From an uncultured Verrucomicrobia subdivision 3 bacterium (GTDB lineage Bacteria > Verrucomicrobiota > Verrucomicrobiia > Limisphaerales > UBA11358): DNA of 64,000 bases. Below, piece by piece: positions 32,821 to 43,700 of the stretch; the stretch's first letter is position 1, and each line of letters opens with the position of its first letter. The position numbers and the translations under genes are program-made. The stretch spans positions 8,340 through 72,339 of the forward strand of contig CAJAQO010000321.1 of NCBI GenBank assembly GCA_903944085.1, given 5' to 3'. Under the pieces are notes generated by a model. That model was not told the DNA's origin, did not search any database, and worked only from the letters and a program-made list of their open reading frames with translations.

Positions 32821-33615
32821 ATGTTAGAGCAAACCGTGACCATCGTCGCCAATGAGCGCGACACCGACCAGTATTTCCGCCTCGTGCTGCGTGCGCCGCA
32901 AATCGCGCCGCGCATTCAGCCAGGCCAGTTCGCGCACGTTCGTATTTTGCCGCTGAAGGAGGCGTTGCTGCGCCGGCCGTTCAGCATTTTTCAAGTCGCG
33001 GGCGACACGTTTTCCATCCTCTACAAAACCGTGGGCAAAGGCACGGACGTGCTGTCGCGGATGCGGGCGGGCGAGGAATTGAGCGTCATCGCGCCGCTCG
33101 GCCACGGATTCACCGTGCCGCCGTCGGGCGGCGAAACGCCGCTGCTCGTCGCCGGCGGCTATGGCATGGCGGCGATGTTTTTGCTGGCGCAGCGCTCGCC
33201 GCAAAAAGGCATTGTCTTCGTCGGCGGCCGCCGCCGCGTGGATATTTTGTGTGAACAAGAATTTGCCGCGCTCGGCTGGGAGATTCGGGTTACCACCGAG
33301 GACGGCAGCCACGGCGAAAAAGGTTTGGTCACGCAACCGCTGCTGGCAGAAATCCGAAATCCGAAATCCGAAATCCGAAATCACAAACTGTTCGCCTGCG
33401 GGCCGACCCCGATGCTCAAAGCCGTCGGCAAACTCGCGGAAGAATTTAATTTGCCCGCCGAACTTTCGATGGACGAACACATGTGCTGCGGCGTCGGCAC
33501 CTGCCTGACGTGCGTGATTCCCGTCAAAGCCGGCGCTGCTTGGGAATACCAGCGCACCTGCACCGAAGGCCCGGTGTTTGATGCGCGCGATATTTTGTGG
33601 GAAATCTCGAAATGA
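32821..33615 (+). CDS. PyrK-like FAD/NAD-binding oxidoreductase with a C-terminal 2Fe-2S motif
   Basis: RRPFSI (FAD), GGYGMA (NAD), ACGP.PM and CCGVGTCLTCV cluster motifs. No pyrD is adjacent in this window. Confidence 0.65.
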   Translation: MLEQTVTIVANERDTDQYFRLVLRAPQIAPRIQPGQFAHVRILPLKEALLRRPFSIFQVAGDTFSILYKTVGKGTDVLSRMRAGEELSVIAPLGHGFTVPPSGGETPLLVAGGYGMAAMFLLAQRSPQKGIVFVGGRRRVDILCEQEFAALGWEIRVTTEDGSHGEKGLVTQPLLAEIRNPKSEIRNHKLFACGPTPMLKAVGKLAEEFNLPAELSMDEHMCCGVGTCLTCVIPVKAGAAWEYQRTCTEGPVFDARDILWEISK

Positions 33616-33692
33616 AACTGCCGGACAAATTGTGCCAATGCCGCTCGGTCGCCGCCGGTTGACCACGGAAACCAATTTTCAAACAAGCGTTT

Positions 33693-35138
33693 TTATTTTT
33701 TGGTCCAGCCGCCGCCCAACGCTTTGATCAACGCCACTTCCGCCACTAGGCGCTGGCCGGCGAGTTGAACCGCCGTGCGCTCGTTCGACAGCGCGACACT
33801 TTGGGCCGTGGCCACATCCAAATACGTCACCAAGCCGGCCCGGTAACGGTTGTTCGAAATATCCAGCGTGTGCTGCGCGGCGGTGATGGCGGCGTTTTGG
33901 GCGTTGAGCTGCGCGGCCAGCAGGTGTTGCGCCGAGAGTTCGTCTTCCACTTCCTGAAAAGCAGTCAGCACGGTTTCGCGATAATTGGCCACGGTTCCGT
34001 CATAGGCCGCGCGGGCGGCGGCGAGTTGCGCGCGGTTGCGTCCGCCGGTGAACAGTGGAAACGTGACGGACGGCCCGACCGCCCAAACGCGGCTCGGCCA
34101 GTCAAAAAAACTGCTCGCGCTCAAAGATTGGTAGCCCGCGAGGCCGGTCAAAAAAACGCGCGGATAAAAAGCGCTTTGCGCCACGCCCACGTCGGCGTTC
34201 GCGGCGCTCATCCGGCGTTCGCCGGCGGCGATGTCCGGCCGCCGTTCCAGCAATTCGCTCGGCAAACTCAGCGGCAAATTCGGAATGGCACTCGTTGCCA
34301 GATTTTCCGGCGCGAGCTGGAAACCGGTGGCGGGTTGGCCGCAAAGCGTCGCCAGCGCGTGCAACAAAGTTTCCCGCTGCAACTCGAGCGCGGGCAATTC
34401 GGCCTCCGCGACCCGCAACTGCGTTTCCGCCTGCGACACATCGAGGTCGGAAGCAATGCCGCCCTGTCGCCGGTTTTGCGTCAGCTCCAGCGAGCGGCGA
34501 TACGCCGTGATCGTGTCGGCCACCAGCGCGTGTTCCGCCTCCAGCGCGCGCAGCATGAAATAATCGCTCGCCACTTCGGCTTGCAATGAAAGTTTGGCGG
34601 AGGCCAGATCATCCGCCGCCGCGCCGAACCGCGCCTGCGCGCTTTCAGTCTCCCGGCGCACGCGACCGAACAAATCCAGCTCCCAGTTCAAATCCAGCGG
34701 CGCGAGAAAGGTGTTGTAAGTGTAGGCCGTGCCAGCGGGCTTGCCGCTGACCGGCGCGTTGGCGCTCGTGCGCTGGCGGGTGTAGCTGGGTTGCGCTGAA
34801 AGCTGCGGGAAAAAATCCGCGCGCGCGATTTTGACCAGCGCCCGCGCCTGCTCCAGTTGCGCCGCCGTCGCGGCCAAATCCTGATTGTTTGTCGCCGCCA
34901 GATTTTCCAACCGGTCGAGCTCCGCGCGGTCAAAAATTTTCCACCACGCGCCGCGCGGCAAATCGGCGGCCGGCTGCGCGATTTTCCATTCCGGTAGATT
35001 CGTCATCGAACTCGTTTCGCCAAACGTCGCCGGCATTGGCTGCGAGGCGATGGCCGTCGGCCGCTGATAATCCGGTCCGACGGAGCAGCCCGCGATTAAG
35101 CCGAGGCCCGCTGCAAAAATGAAAAATTGTTTTTTCAT
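33693..35138 (-). CDS. RND efflux outer-membrane factor lipoprotein (NodT/OprM family)
   Basis: The ATG at 35138 gives MKKQFFIFAAGLGLIAGCSVGPDY, the classic OMF lipobox. It overlaps the MFP stop by 4 nt. Confidence 0.9.
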   Translation of the reverse strand: MKKQFFIFAAGLGLIAGCSVGPDYQRPTAIASQPMPATFGETSSMTNLPEWKIAQPAADLPRGAWWKIFDRAELDRLENLAATNNQDLAATAAQLEQARALVKIARADFFPQLSAQPSYTRQRTSANAPVSGKPAGTAYTYNTFLAPLDLNWELDLFGRVRRETESAQARFGAAADDLASAKLSLQAEVASDYFMLRALEAEHALVADTITAYRRSLELTQNRRQGGIASDLDVSQAETQLRVAEAELPALELQRETLLHALATLCGQPATGFQLAPENLATSAIPNLPLSLPSELLERRPDIAAGERRMSAANADVGVAQSAFYPRVFLTGLAGYQSLSASSFFDWPSRVWAVGPSVTFPLFTGGRNRAQLAAARAAYDGTVANYRETVLTAFQEVEDELSAQHLLAAQLNAQNAAITAAQHTLDISNNRYRAGLVTYLDVATAQSVALSNERTAVQLAGQRLVAEVALIKALGGGWTKK

Positions 35139-36322
35139 TTTTCCGCCACCGGTTTCACCGGCTCCGCCACGCGCACCGCCAGGCCGTTCGCCAGCAAGTC
35201 CGGCGGATTGATAATTACGCGGTCGCCAGCCGCAACGCCTTCGAGTATTTCCAATGTCTGCCCAAAATCGCGGCCCAGCTTCACGGTGCGCACTTCCACT
35301 TTGCCGACGGCTGTGACGACGCCGATGCACACGCCCTCGCTGCGGAACAGCAACGTGTTGGCCGGCAGCGTGAGTGTCGGCGCGGCGACGCTGTCGGTGA
35401 AGCGGACTTGCGCGTAGCTGCCGGCCAGCAGGTCGCCACGCGAATTGTCCACCTGCAATTCCGTCAGCAGCGTGCGCGAGCCGGGGTCAATCGCGCCCGC
35501 AGTGCGGACAACTTTGGCCTCGAATTTTTTCCCCGGCAACTGGTCCAAAACCAATTCGGCCTTTTGTTCCGGCGCGATGGCGCGCGACATCGTTTGCGGC
35601 ACGCGAACATAAACGCGCAGCGGATTGGTCTGGGCGAGCCTGAAGAGTTCGTTGCCGTTGCCGGCGGTGATGAGCTGGCCGACATCCGTTTTACGCGCGG
35701 TGATCGTGCCGTCGAATGGCGCGGTGACGCTGGCAAAAATTTTCATTTCTTCCAGCCGGTGCAAATTCGCCTGCGCGGCTTCGAGATTCGCCTGCTTCAA
35801 ATCCAGGTCGGATTTTTTCTCGGCGGTTTCCTGTTCGCTCACGCTCGCGCTCTTGAGCAAATCCGTCCAGCGCGCCGCTGTGATTTTCGCCAAATCGAGT
35901 GCGGCCTGATTTTGCGCGACCTCGGCTTTGGCCTGCGCGAGCTGCTGATCCACTTCCGGCGTGTCAATTTCCGCCAGCAGTTGCCCGGTTTTGACCGATG
36001 CGCCGATGTCCACCAGCCAGCGTTTCAAATAGCCGCTGGCCCGCGCGTAAATCGGCGCTTCGACAAACGCCTGCACTTCCGCCGGCAGCGGCAGACCGAA
36101 ATCGCTTTGGCCGGGCGTCGGCGAGACGACCGCGACCGTGGTGACGGCCAGCTCCTGCGTTTCCTGCGCGAGCGCGCGGCGCGTTCCCCAGCGCGGAATA
36201 AAACCAACGGCCAGCCCGATCAAAATGATGACGATGGCGATGAAGAAAATGCGCATCAAGTGGACGGGCGGCACCGGTTTCGGCGCGGAGCCTGCGGAAT
36301 TTTTTGGATCAACCGGATTCAT
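35135..36322 (-). CDS. RND efflux periplasmic adaptor (MFP)
   Basis: 395 aa with an N-terminal TM, coiled-coil hairpin and lipoyl/beta-barrel pattern. It lies between the RND pump and the OMF. Confidence 0.9.
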   Translation of the reverse strand: MNPVDPKNSAGSAPKPVPPVHLMRIFFIAIVIILIGLAVGFIPRWGTRRALAQETQELAVTTVAVVSPTPGQSDFGLPLPAEVQAFVEAPIYARASGYLKRWLVDIGASVKTGQLLAEIDTPEVDQQLAQAKAEVAQNQAALDLAKITAARWTDLLKSASVSEQETAEKKSDLDLKQANLEAAQANLHRLEEMKIFASVTAPFDGTITARKTDVGQLITAGNGNELFRLAQTNPLRVYVRVPQTMSRAIAPEQKAELVLDQLPGKKFEAKVVRTAGAIDPGSRTLLTELQVDNSRGDLLAGSYAQVRFTDSVAAPTLTLPANTLLFRSEGVCIGVVTAVGKVEVRTVKLGRDFGQTLEILEGVAAGDRVIINPPDLLANGLAVRVAEPVKPVAEK

Positions 36323-36332
36323 AGCGATTCAA

Positions 36333-39300
36333 TTAGGTCGTGGCATTGGGGGCCGGCAGCGCGCCGGCGGCGGCATCATCCGCTGCTTTGCGCTGCGCAA
36401 TTTTGTGGTGCATGAAACTGAAAACTACCGGCACGAACAGCAGCGTCGCAATCGTCGCGACGAACAATCCGCCGATGACCGCGCGGCCGAGCGGCGCGTT
36501 TTGCTCGCCGCCTTCGCCGAGGCCAAGGCTCATCGGCAACATGCCGATCAGCATCGCCGCCGCCGTCATCAGCACCGGCCGGATGCGGCTGACGCCGGCA
36601 TCAAGCGCGGCGGCTATTGGGTCGAGTCCGCGCCGCAAGCTGTCGCGCGCGAAGCTGACGACGAGCACCGAGTTTGCCGTTGCCACGCCCAGGCTCATGA
36701 TCGCGCCCATCAGCGCCGGCACGCTCAAAGTCGTTTGCGACAAAAACAGCGCCCACACCACGCCGGACAGTGCGCCGGGCAGCGCGGTGATGATGATGAA
36801 CGGATCGAGCCAGCTTTGAAAATTCACGACGAGCAAAAGATAAATCAGCGCGATGGCCATGACGAGGCCGACGCCGAGGCCGACGAAGCTGTTGTGCATC
36901 GTTTCGGCCTGGCCGCGCACCACGATGAAGCTGCCGCGCGGCAGATCTTTGTTCGCCTGGTTGACCAGCGGTTGAATGTCTTTCAATACGCCGCCGAGAT
37001 CGCGGCCGTCCACGTTGCCGAAAACATCAATCACCGGCGCAATGTTGTAATGTGTGAACACCGGCGGCTGCACCGTGCGCGAAATCGAGGCGACGTTCGC
37101 GAGAATCTGTCCGGTGCCTGCGCCCGCCGCGCCGCCGATGACCGGCGACGAATTCAGCGTCTCGACGGAATCCATCGCGTATTCCGGCACGCGGGCGTTG
37201 ATGAGATATTGCACGCCAAATTTATCGTCCATCCAATACGACGGCGACACCTGGCCGCTGCCGCTCAAGCTCAACAGCACCGAATTGGCGACGTTTTGTT
37301 CGGTCAAGCCGAGTTGCGCGGCTTTGTCGCGATCCACCTTCACATTGAATTTCGGCAGGTCGGCCGGCTGATGCACCCGCACGTCCACCGCGCCGGGCAC
37401 GCGGCGGATTTGCTCCACGAGCCGCGCGGCGAGGGCGCGATTTTTTTCCAAATCGCGGCCAACGATTTGAATGTCAAACGGCGCAGGCAAACCGAAGTTC
37501 AACGTCTGGCTCACAATGTCGGCGGGCAGAAAATAAAACAGGTTGCCGGGAAACTCGCGGTTCAAAACCTCGCGGAGTTTGCGAACATAAACTTCCGTCG
37601 GCGCGTGGCCTTGATTGAGCGAAACCAGAATGTCCGCGTCACCCGGCCCGATCACGCCGCTGGTGTTGTAGCTCAAATTGATGCTCGAATTCGGAATGCC
37701 GATGTTGTCCATGATGCCGCTGATTTCCGGCGCGGGAATTTCGCGGCGGATGGCGGCGTCAATCTGCGACGTGAGCCGGATGGTTTCTTCCATGCGCGTG
37801 CCGCTGCGGGCGCGGACGTGCAGCATGAACTGGCCGGCGTCCACGCTCGGAAAAAAATCTTCGCCCAATTGCGTGACCAGCAGCCAGGAGCCAACGCACA
37901 GACCGAGAAAAATCAGCGCAAACGGCGCGCGGTGTTCCAGACACGTCGCGAGCAGCGCGCGGTAACTTTCGCGGAAGCGGTCAAAGCCGTTTTCAAACGC
38001 GCGCTGCACGCGGATGAACGGCCGCAAGAACGCCGGCGCGTGGCTGTCGTCCTCGTGTTCGCCATGCAGTTCGACGTTGCGGTAAAACCACATCACCAGC
38101 GTCGGCACGAGCGTCCGCGAAATCACGTAGCTCGCCAGCATCGCGAACACCACGGCCTCGGCCAGCGGCACGAACAAATAATGCGCGACGCCTGTCAAAA
38201 AAAACATCGGCACAAACACGATGCAAATGCACAGCGTCGAGACAAACGCCGGCAGCGCGATTTCTTGTGCGCCGTCGAGAATCGCGTCGTCCAGTTTTTT
38301 GCCGGAAACCATGTGGCGGTGGATGTTTTCAATCGCGACGGTGGCGTCGTCCACCAGAATGCCGACTGCCAGCGCGAGACCGCCGAGCGTCATCAAGTTG
38401 ATGGTTTCGCCGAGCGCGCTCAAAATGGCGACTGAGCTTAACACGGACAAAGGAATTGAAAGCGCGATGATCAGCGTGCTGCGCCACGAGCCGAGAAACA
38501 GCAAAATCATCAGCGCGGTCAATGCTGCCGCCGTGACGCCTTCGCGCAAAACGCCGTTGACCGCCGCGCGGACGAAGAGCGATTGATCGGCAAATTCTTT
38601 CACCTGCAAATCCGCCGTGACGGTGCGCATGATGCGCGGCAGCGCGGCTTTGGCGTTCGCAACCACATCCAGCGTCGAGGCCGCGCCACTTTTCATGATC
38701 GTGAGCAGCGCGCCGCGCACGCCGTCCAGGCGGACGGCGTTGAGTTGCGGATTGTAACCGTCATGAACTTGCGCGACATCGCGGAGACGGATGGTCGCAC
38801 CGTTGACGACTTTCACCGGCAAATTGTTCAGGTCGTCAATCGGCCCGACGCTGCCGTTCACGGCGATGTCATATTCCGTGGAACCAATTTTCGCGGTGCC
38901 GCCGGGCAGAATCAGATTTTGCGCGTTGACGGCATTGACGATGTCCGCCGGCGCGAGATTTTTGGCCTTGAGCGCGGGCAAATTGATGTCCACCGAAATC
39001 ACGCGCATCTTGCCGCCGTAAGGCCACGGCACCACCGCGCCGCGCAGCGTTGAAAGTCCGATGCGCACTTGGTTTGCCGAAACGTCGAACAACTCCTGCT
39101 CCGACAGTTTCGGACTGCTGAAACAGTATTGCAAAATGGGCACGGTCGAGGCGTTGTATTGGACCACCAGCGGCGGCGTGGTTCCGGGCGGCATCTGGCG
39201 CAACACCGTTTGTGCAATGGCCGTGATCTGCGCGACCGCCGCCGGCACCGACGCGCCGGGCTGCAAAAATACTTTGATGACGCCGATGCCGTTGTAGGAG

Positions 39301-39551
39301 GTGGATTCGATGTGCTCGATGTCGTTGACCGTGATGCTCAACGCGCGTTCGTGGGCGAAGACGAGGCGCCGTTCCACATCCTGCGCGTCGAGCCCGGCGT
39401 ATGACCAGATGACGCTGACGACGGGAATGTTGATGCTGGGAAAAATATCCGTGGGCGTGCGCAGCAGAATGAACGGCGTGAGCAGCACCAGCAGCAGCGC
39501 GGCCACCACAAAAGTGTAGGGCCGGCGCAGGGCTAGACGGACAATCCACAT
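36333..39551 (-). CDS. RND efflux permease (AcrB/HAE family)
   Basis: 1072 aa with a 12-TM, two-large-loop architecture and the N-terminus MWIVRLALRRPYTFVV... Confidence 0.95.
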   Translation of the reverse strand: MWIVRLALRRPYTFVVAALLLVLLTPFILLRTPTDIFPSINIPVVSVIWSYAGLDAQDVERRLVFAHERALSITVNDIEHIESTSYNGIGVIKVFLQPGASVPAAVAQITAIAQTVLRQMPPGTTPPLVVQYNASTVPILQYCFSSPKLSEQELFDVSANQVRIGLSTLRGAVVPWPYGGKMRVISVDINLPALKAKNLAPADIVNAVNAQNLILPGGTAKIGSTEYDIAVNGSVGPIDDLNNLPVKVVNGATIRLRDVAQVHDGYNPQLNAVRLDGVRGALLTIMKSGAASTLDVVANAKAALPRIMRTVTADLQVKEFADQSLFVRAAVNGVLREGVTAAALTALMILLFLGSWRSTLIIALSIPLSVLSSVAILSALGETINLMTLGGLALAVGILVDDATVAIENIHRHMVSGKKLDDAILDGAQEIALPAFVSTLCICIVFVPMFFLTGVAHYLFVPLAEAVVFAMLASYVISRTLVPTLVMWFYRNVELHGEHEDDSHAPAFLRPFIRVQRAFENGFDRFRESYRALLATCLEHRAPFALIFLGLCVGSWLLVTQLGEDFFPSVDAGQFMLHVRARSGTRMEETIRLTSQIDAAIRREIPAPEISGIMDNIGIPNSSINLSYNTSGVIGPGDADILVSLNQGHAPTEVYVRKLREVLNREFPGNLFYFLPADIVSQTLNFGLPAPFDIQIVGRDLEKNRALAARLVEQIRRVPGAVDVRVHQPADLPKFNVKVDRDKAAQLGLTEQNVANSVLLSLSGSGQVSPSYWMDDKFGVQYLINARVPEYAMDSVETLNSSPVIGGAAGAGTGQILANVASISRTVQPPVFTHYNIAPVIDVFGNVDGRDLGGVLKDIQPLVNQANKDLPRGSFIVVRGQAETMHNSFVGLGVGLVMAIALIYLLLVVNFQSWLDPFIIITALPGALSGVVWALFLSQTTLSVPALMGAIMSLGVATANSVLVVSFARDSLRRGLDPIAAALDAGVSRIRPVLMTAAAMLIGMLPMSLGLGEGGEQNAPLGRAVIGGLFVATIATLLFVPVVFSFMHHKIAQRKAADDAAAGALPAPNATT

Positions 39552-39689
39552 AAATTAATTATTGGCAAAACAACTTCCATTGCGGCTGGCGACCGGTTGG
39601 CGCGCAATCTTTGATGCGCGGGCGCCTCAGCACAATCCCTGATTATGGCGTTTAACGGCCCCGCTGCCCAATACAAGTTTGGTTGCAGA

Positions 39690-39710
39690 TTGATAGCTTT
39701 ATGTTATCAA
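39690..39710. promoter_or_regulatory. LysR-type operator candidate (T-N11-A dyad)
   Basis: TTGATAgctttatgtTATCAA is a perfect 6-bp dyad in the divergent region between the RND operon and the LysR gene. Confidence 0.55.
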
Positions 39711-39722
39711 TCAAATCCGTAT

Positions 39723-40622
39723 ATGGAACTGCGACAGTTGCGAACTTTCGTGGCGGTGGCGGAGGAATTGAATTTCCGCCGCGCGGCCGAGCGGCTGCGC
39801 ATTGCCCAGCCGGCGGTGAGCGCGCAGATCAAGGCGCTCGAAGCAGAACTGGGCGCGCGCCTGTTTGAGCGGACCACGCGTTCCGTGCTGCTGACCCAGG
39901 CGGGACGCGTGCTGCTCGGCGAGGCTCGCGGCGTGCTGGGCGCGGCGGCGCGGGCCGAGCAGTCGGCCCGCCAGGCCCATCACGGCATGGTGGGCACGCT
40001 GCGCCTGGGCTTTATTCCGCCGGCCGCCAGTCCGCGCCTGGCCGAGGGGTTGCGGCATTTTCATCAACATTTTCCCGGCGTGCAGCTCGCGCTTTTTGAC
40101 CTGACGAGCGCCGAGCAGTTGCGGCGGCTCCGCGCCGGCGAATTGGAGGTTGGTTTGTTGCGCCCGCCGGTCACGTTTCCAGAACTGAAATGGCTGTCGG
40201 CCGAGCAATCGCACCAGGTGCTCGCCGTGCCTGCCGGCCATCGGCTGGCGGCGAAACGAAAGCTGACGTGGAAAGATTTTGACGGCGAAGGCCTGGTGAT
40301 GATCCAGCCCGGCGAACAGCACGGTTTTTACGACGCGTTTCTTGCGGCCTGCGCCAATGCCGGGGCCAAGGTGCATCCCGTGCAATACGCGCACGACATC
40401 CAAACGAAAATGTGGCTGATCTCGGCCGGCTTCGGCGTGGCACCGACCACGGCCGCGCTGTCGAAAGTGAAACGCCCCGGACTGGTCTTCCGGCCGTTGC
40501 CGCCGGGCCTGCCGCCGGTGCAGACCGTGCTGGTCTGGCGGCGGGAGGATGTGTCGCCGGCCGTCCGGAATTTTGTGATGCATTTTAGCAGCCGCAAGCT
40601 TCCGGCGCTGCCGCCGCCGTGA
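39723..40622 (+). CDS. LysR-family transcriptional regulator
   Basis: MELRQLRTFVAVAEELNFRRAAERLRIAQPAVSAQIKALE is the canonical LysR HTH. Confidence 0.9.
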   Translation: MELRQLRTFVAVAEELNFRRAAERLRIAQPAVSAQIKALEAELGARLFERTTRSVLLTQAGRVLLGEARGVLGAAARAEQSARQAHHGMVGTLRLGFIPPAASPRLAEGLRHFHQHFPGVQLALFDLTSAEQLRRLRAGELEVGLLRPPVTFPELKWLSAEQSHQVLAVPAGHRLAAKRKLTWKDFDGEGLVMIQPGEQHGFYDAFLAACANAGAKVHPVQYAHDIQTKMWLISAGFGVAPTTAALSKVKRPGLVFRPLPPGLPPVQTVLVWRREDVSPAVRNFVMHFSSRKLPALPPP

Positions 40623-40756
40623 CGTGACTTCGCGGTGGCGGATAAGTGCCGGTTTTGCATGGCTGCCTTCGGAACCGAGGCAAAATCATTTATAAAAATA
40701 ATTTGCATGAAAAGCTGATTTGCATATGATTTTCTAAATCCTTCAATTCAACAGAT

Positions 40757-43700
40757 TTGGACCTCTTGAACTTGAACTCAAGTTGCAAAAATGGAATCAA
40801 GGCTTTGCGGGCTGCGGCTTTTATTTTAAGCGTGGCTTGTGGCGGGGAAGGTTATGCCCAGACGGCTACTGCCGCCGTCGCCACCAACAGCATCCGGCTG
40901 GTGGAACTCCAAGGCGGGGTGGAAATTCTTCCTGCCGGCACCAGCGTCTGGGTCAAGGCGCAGGCTAACCAGGAACTTCACCCGTTTGACCGGATTCACA
41001 CCACCGAGAACAGCCGCGTGGCACTCCGCTGGTCCGACCAGAGCATCGTGCCGTTTGGGGCTTCGACGGAACTGGAGATTTTGCCGCCGGATGCCGCCAA
41101 TGCGCAGGCGGGCTTGCGGCTGATACGGGGAATCCTTTCATTTTTTCACCGCGACCAGCCGGGTCGCATCCGCCTCATCACGCGCGGCGCAGTGGCCGGC
41201 GTGGAAGGCACGGAGTTCGTCATGGCCGTGGATGCGGCCGACCGCACCACGCTTTCCGTGGTGGATGGCAAAGTGACTTTTGGCAACGCGCAGGCCACGC
41301 TGCTGCTCACCAACGGCCAGCAGGCCGCCGTCGAACCCGGCCACGCACCCGCGCGCACCGCCGGTTTCATCGCCAACAATCTGCTGCAATGGTGCTTTTA
41401 TTATCCGGCGGTGATTGACCCGGATGAATTGCAACTCACGCCGGAGGAAGAAAAAAATCTTGCCAGCTCGCTCGCCGCGTATCGCGCCGGCGATCTGCTC
41501 GCGGCGCTGGAAAAATTCCCCGCCGGAAATTCCAGCTCCGCTGCGGTGAAAATTTATCACGCCGCGCTGCTGCTCGCCGTCGGCGAAGTGGAAAAATCCG
41601 AAGCCGAATTCGCGGCGCTGCCAAAAAATTCCGAACGCATCGGGCGCCTCGCCGGTTCCCTGCGCCAGCTCATCGCGGCCGTAAAACGACAGGCACCGGC
41701 GGCGACGATTGCGCCGCAGTTCGCATCGGAATTTCTGGCCGCTTCTTATTTCGAACAATCCCGCGCCGTGCGTGAAACCTCGTTGCAAAATGCGCTGCAA
41801 CTGGCGAAACGGGCCGCCGCCAGCGCGCCGAAATTGGGTTTTGCCTGGGAGCGTGTCGCGGAATTGGAGTTCAGTTTTGGCCGCGCCCAAGACGCTTTGA
41901 CGGCGCTGGAACAAAGTCTCGCGCTCGGGCCGCGCAACGCGCAGGCGCTCGCGCTGAAAGGTTTCATTCTCGCCGCGCAAAACAATCCGCGCGCGGCCAT
42001 CGTCAGTTTTGATGCCGCCATCGCCGCCGATGCCGCGCTGGGCAATGCCTGGCTCGGTCGCGGCGTGGCTCGCATTCGCACCGGCGACGCGAAAGGCGGG
42101 CGCGAGGATTTGCTCGTGGCCGCCGCGCTGGAACCGCAGCGCGCGGAATTGCGCAGCTATCTCGGCAAAGCTTATCTGGCGACCGGCGACGACGCGCACG
42201 CGGCGAAAGAACTGGCGCTGGCGAAAAAACTCGATCCGCAAGACCCGACGGCGTGGCTATATTCCGCGTTGCAGAACCAGCAGGACAACCAGATCAACGA
42301 CGCGATCCGCGATCTGGAAAAATCGGAATCGCTGAATGACAACCGCGGCGTGTATCGCTCGCAGCTTTTGCTGGACGAGGACCGCGCGGTGCGCAGCGCC
42401 AACCTGGCGGGCATTTATCTCGACGCCGGCCTGACGGACGAGAGCCTGCGCGAAGCCGGTCGCGCGGTGAGCGCCGATTACGCGAATTATTCCGCGCATT
42501 TGTTTCTGGCGAACAGCTACAACCAGTTGCGCGATCCAGACTGGAGCAACCTGCATTACGAGACGCCGGCGAACGCGGAATTTTGGATCGCGAATTTGCT
42601 CGCGCCGCCGAGCGCCGGCACGTTGTCGCCGCTCGTCTCGGAACAGCCGAGCGCAAAATTGTTTGCGCAGAATCGCTTTGGCGTCGCCTCGGACACGACG
42701 TATTTGAGCCGGGGCGCGTGGACGGAAGAAGGCGCGCAGTTTGGCACTTATGATAATTTCAGCTACGACTTCGAGGCGAAATATATTTACGATCCCGGCC
42801 AGCGGCCGAACAACGACTCGGAAGAGCGCGACTTGGTGCTGAATCTCAAATACCAGCTCACGCCGCGCGACAGTGTTTTTTTCAGCGTGGAGCAGACCGA
42901 GGTCAATCATGGCGATGTGTCGCAATATTACAACCCGTCCAGCGCGTCGCCCGACTGGCGTTTTAACGAAACGCAGCAGCCGAACCTGTTCCTCGGCTAT
43001 CACCATGAATGGAGTCCGGGTGTCCACACTTTGTTTCTGGCGACCTCGCAGAACGCCTATGAATCCGGCAGCACAGCCAGTGACGAGCAGCTTGTGGGCT
43101 GGATTTATGGCGGGGTTTACACCGCCACGATAGGCTTTGGCAACTGGGAAAAAATCGGGCTGCACACCCAGGAGTATTCGACCGAACTCCAGCAGATTTG
43201 GGAAACCGTGAACCACACCACCATGGTCGGGGCGCGTTATCATTGGGGCAATAGTCATTATCAGAATGAGGAGGGGAATTCGGATTCGAGTCCCATAGCG
43301 GTTGATATGTTTCCCAACCCGGACCTGTATCCGCGGCAGGATTTTTCCCTGGATTTTCATTATTTCGATGTCTATGCCTACCACAACTGGCAGCTCGCCG
43401 ATGCCTTCGCGGTGAATCTCGGCTTGAGCTACGACCAGTCGGTGCAGCCGGCGGATCCCAGTTCCACGCCGTTTTCCACGGCGGAAAAATCCAGCGCGCA
43501 GCTTTCGCCCAAGGCAGGCTTCATCTGGACGCCGCTGGCCGGCACCACGCTCCGGGCGGCCTACACGCATTCGCTGTCGGATTTCGCAGGCGGCCAAAGT
43601 TACAGTCTGGAGCCGACGGAAGTCGCCGGGTTCAACCAGGCCTTCCGCAGCCTGGTGCCGGAATCGGTCGGCGGCGACACCAGCGGCTCCCGGTTCGACA

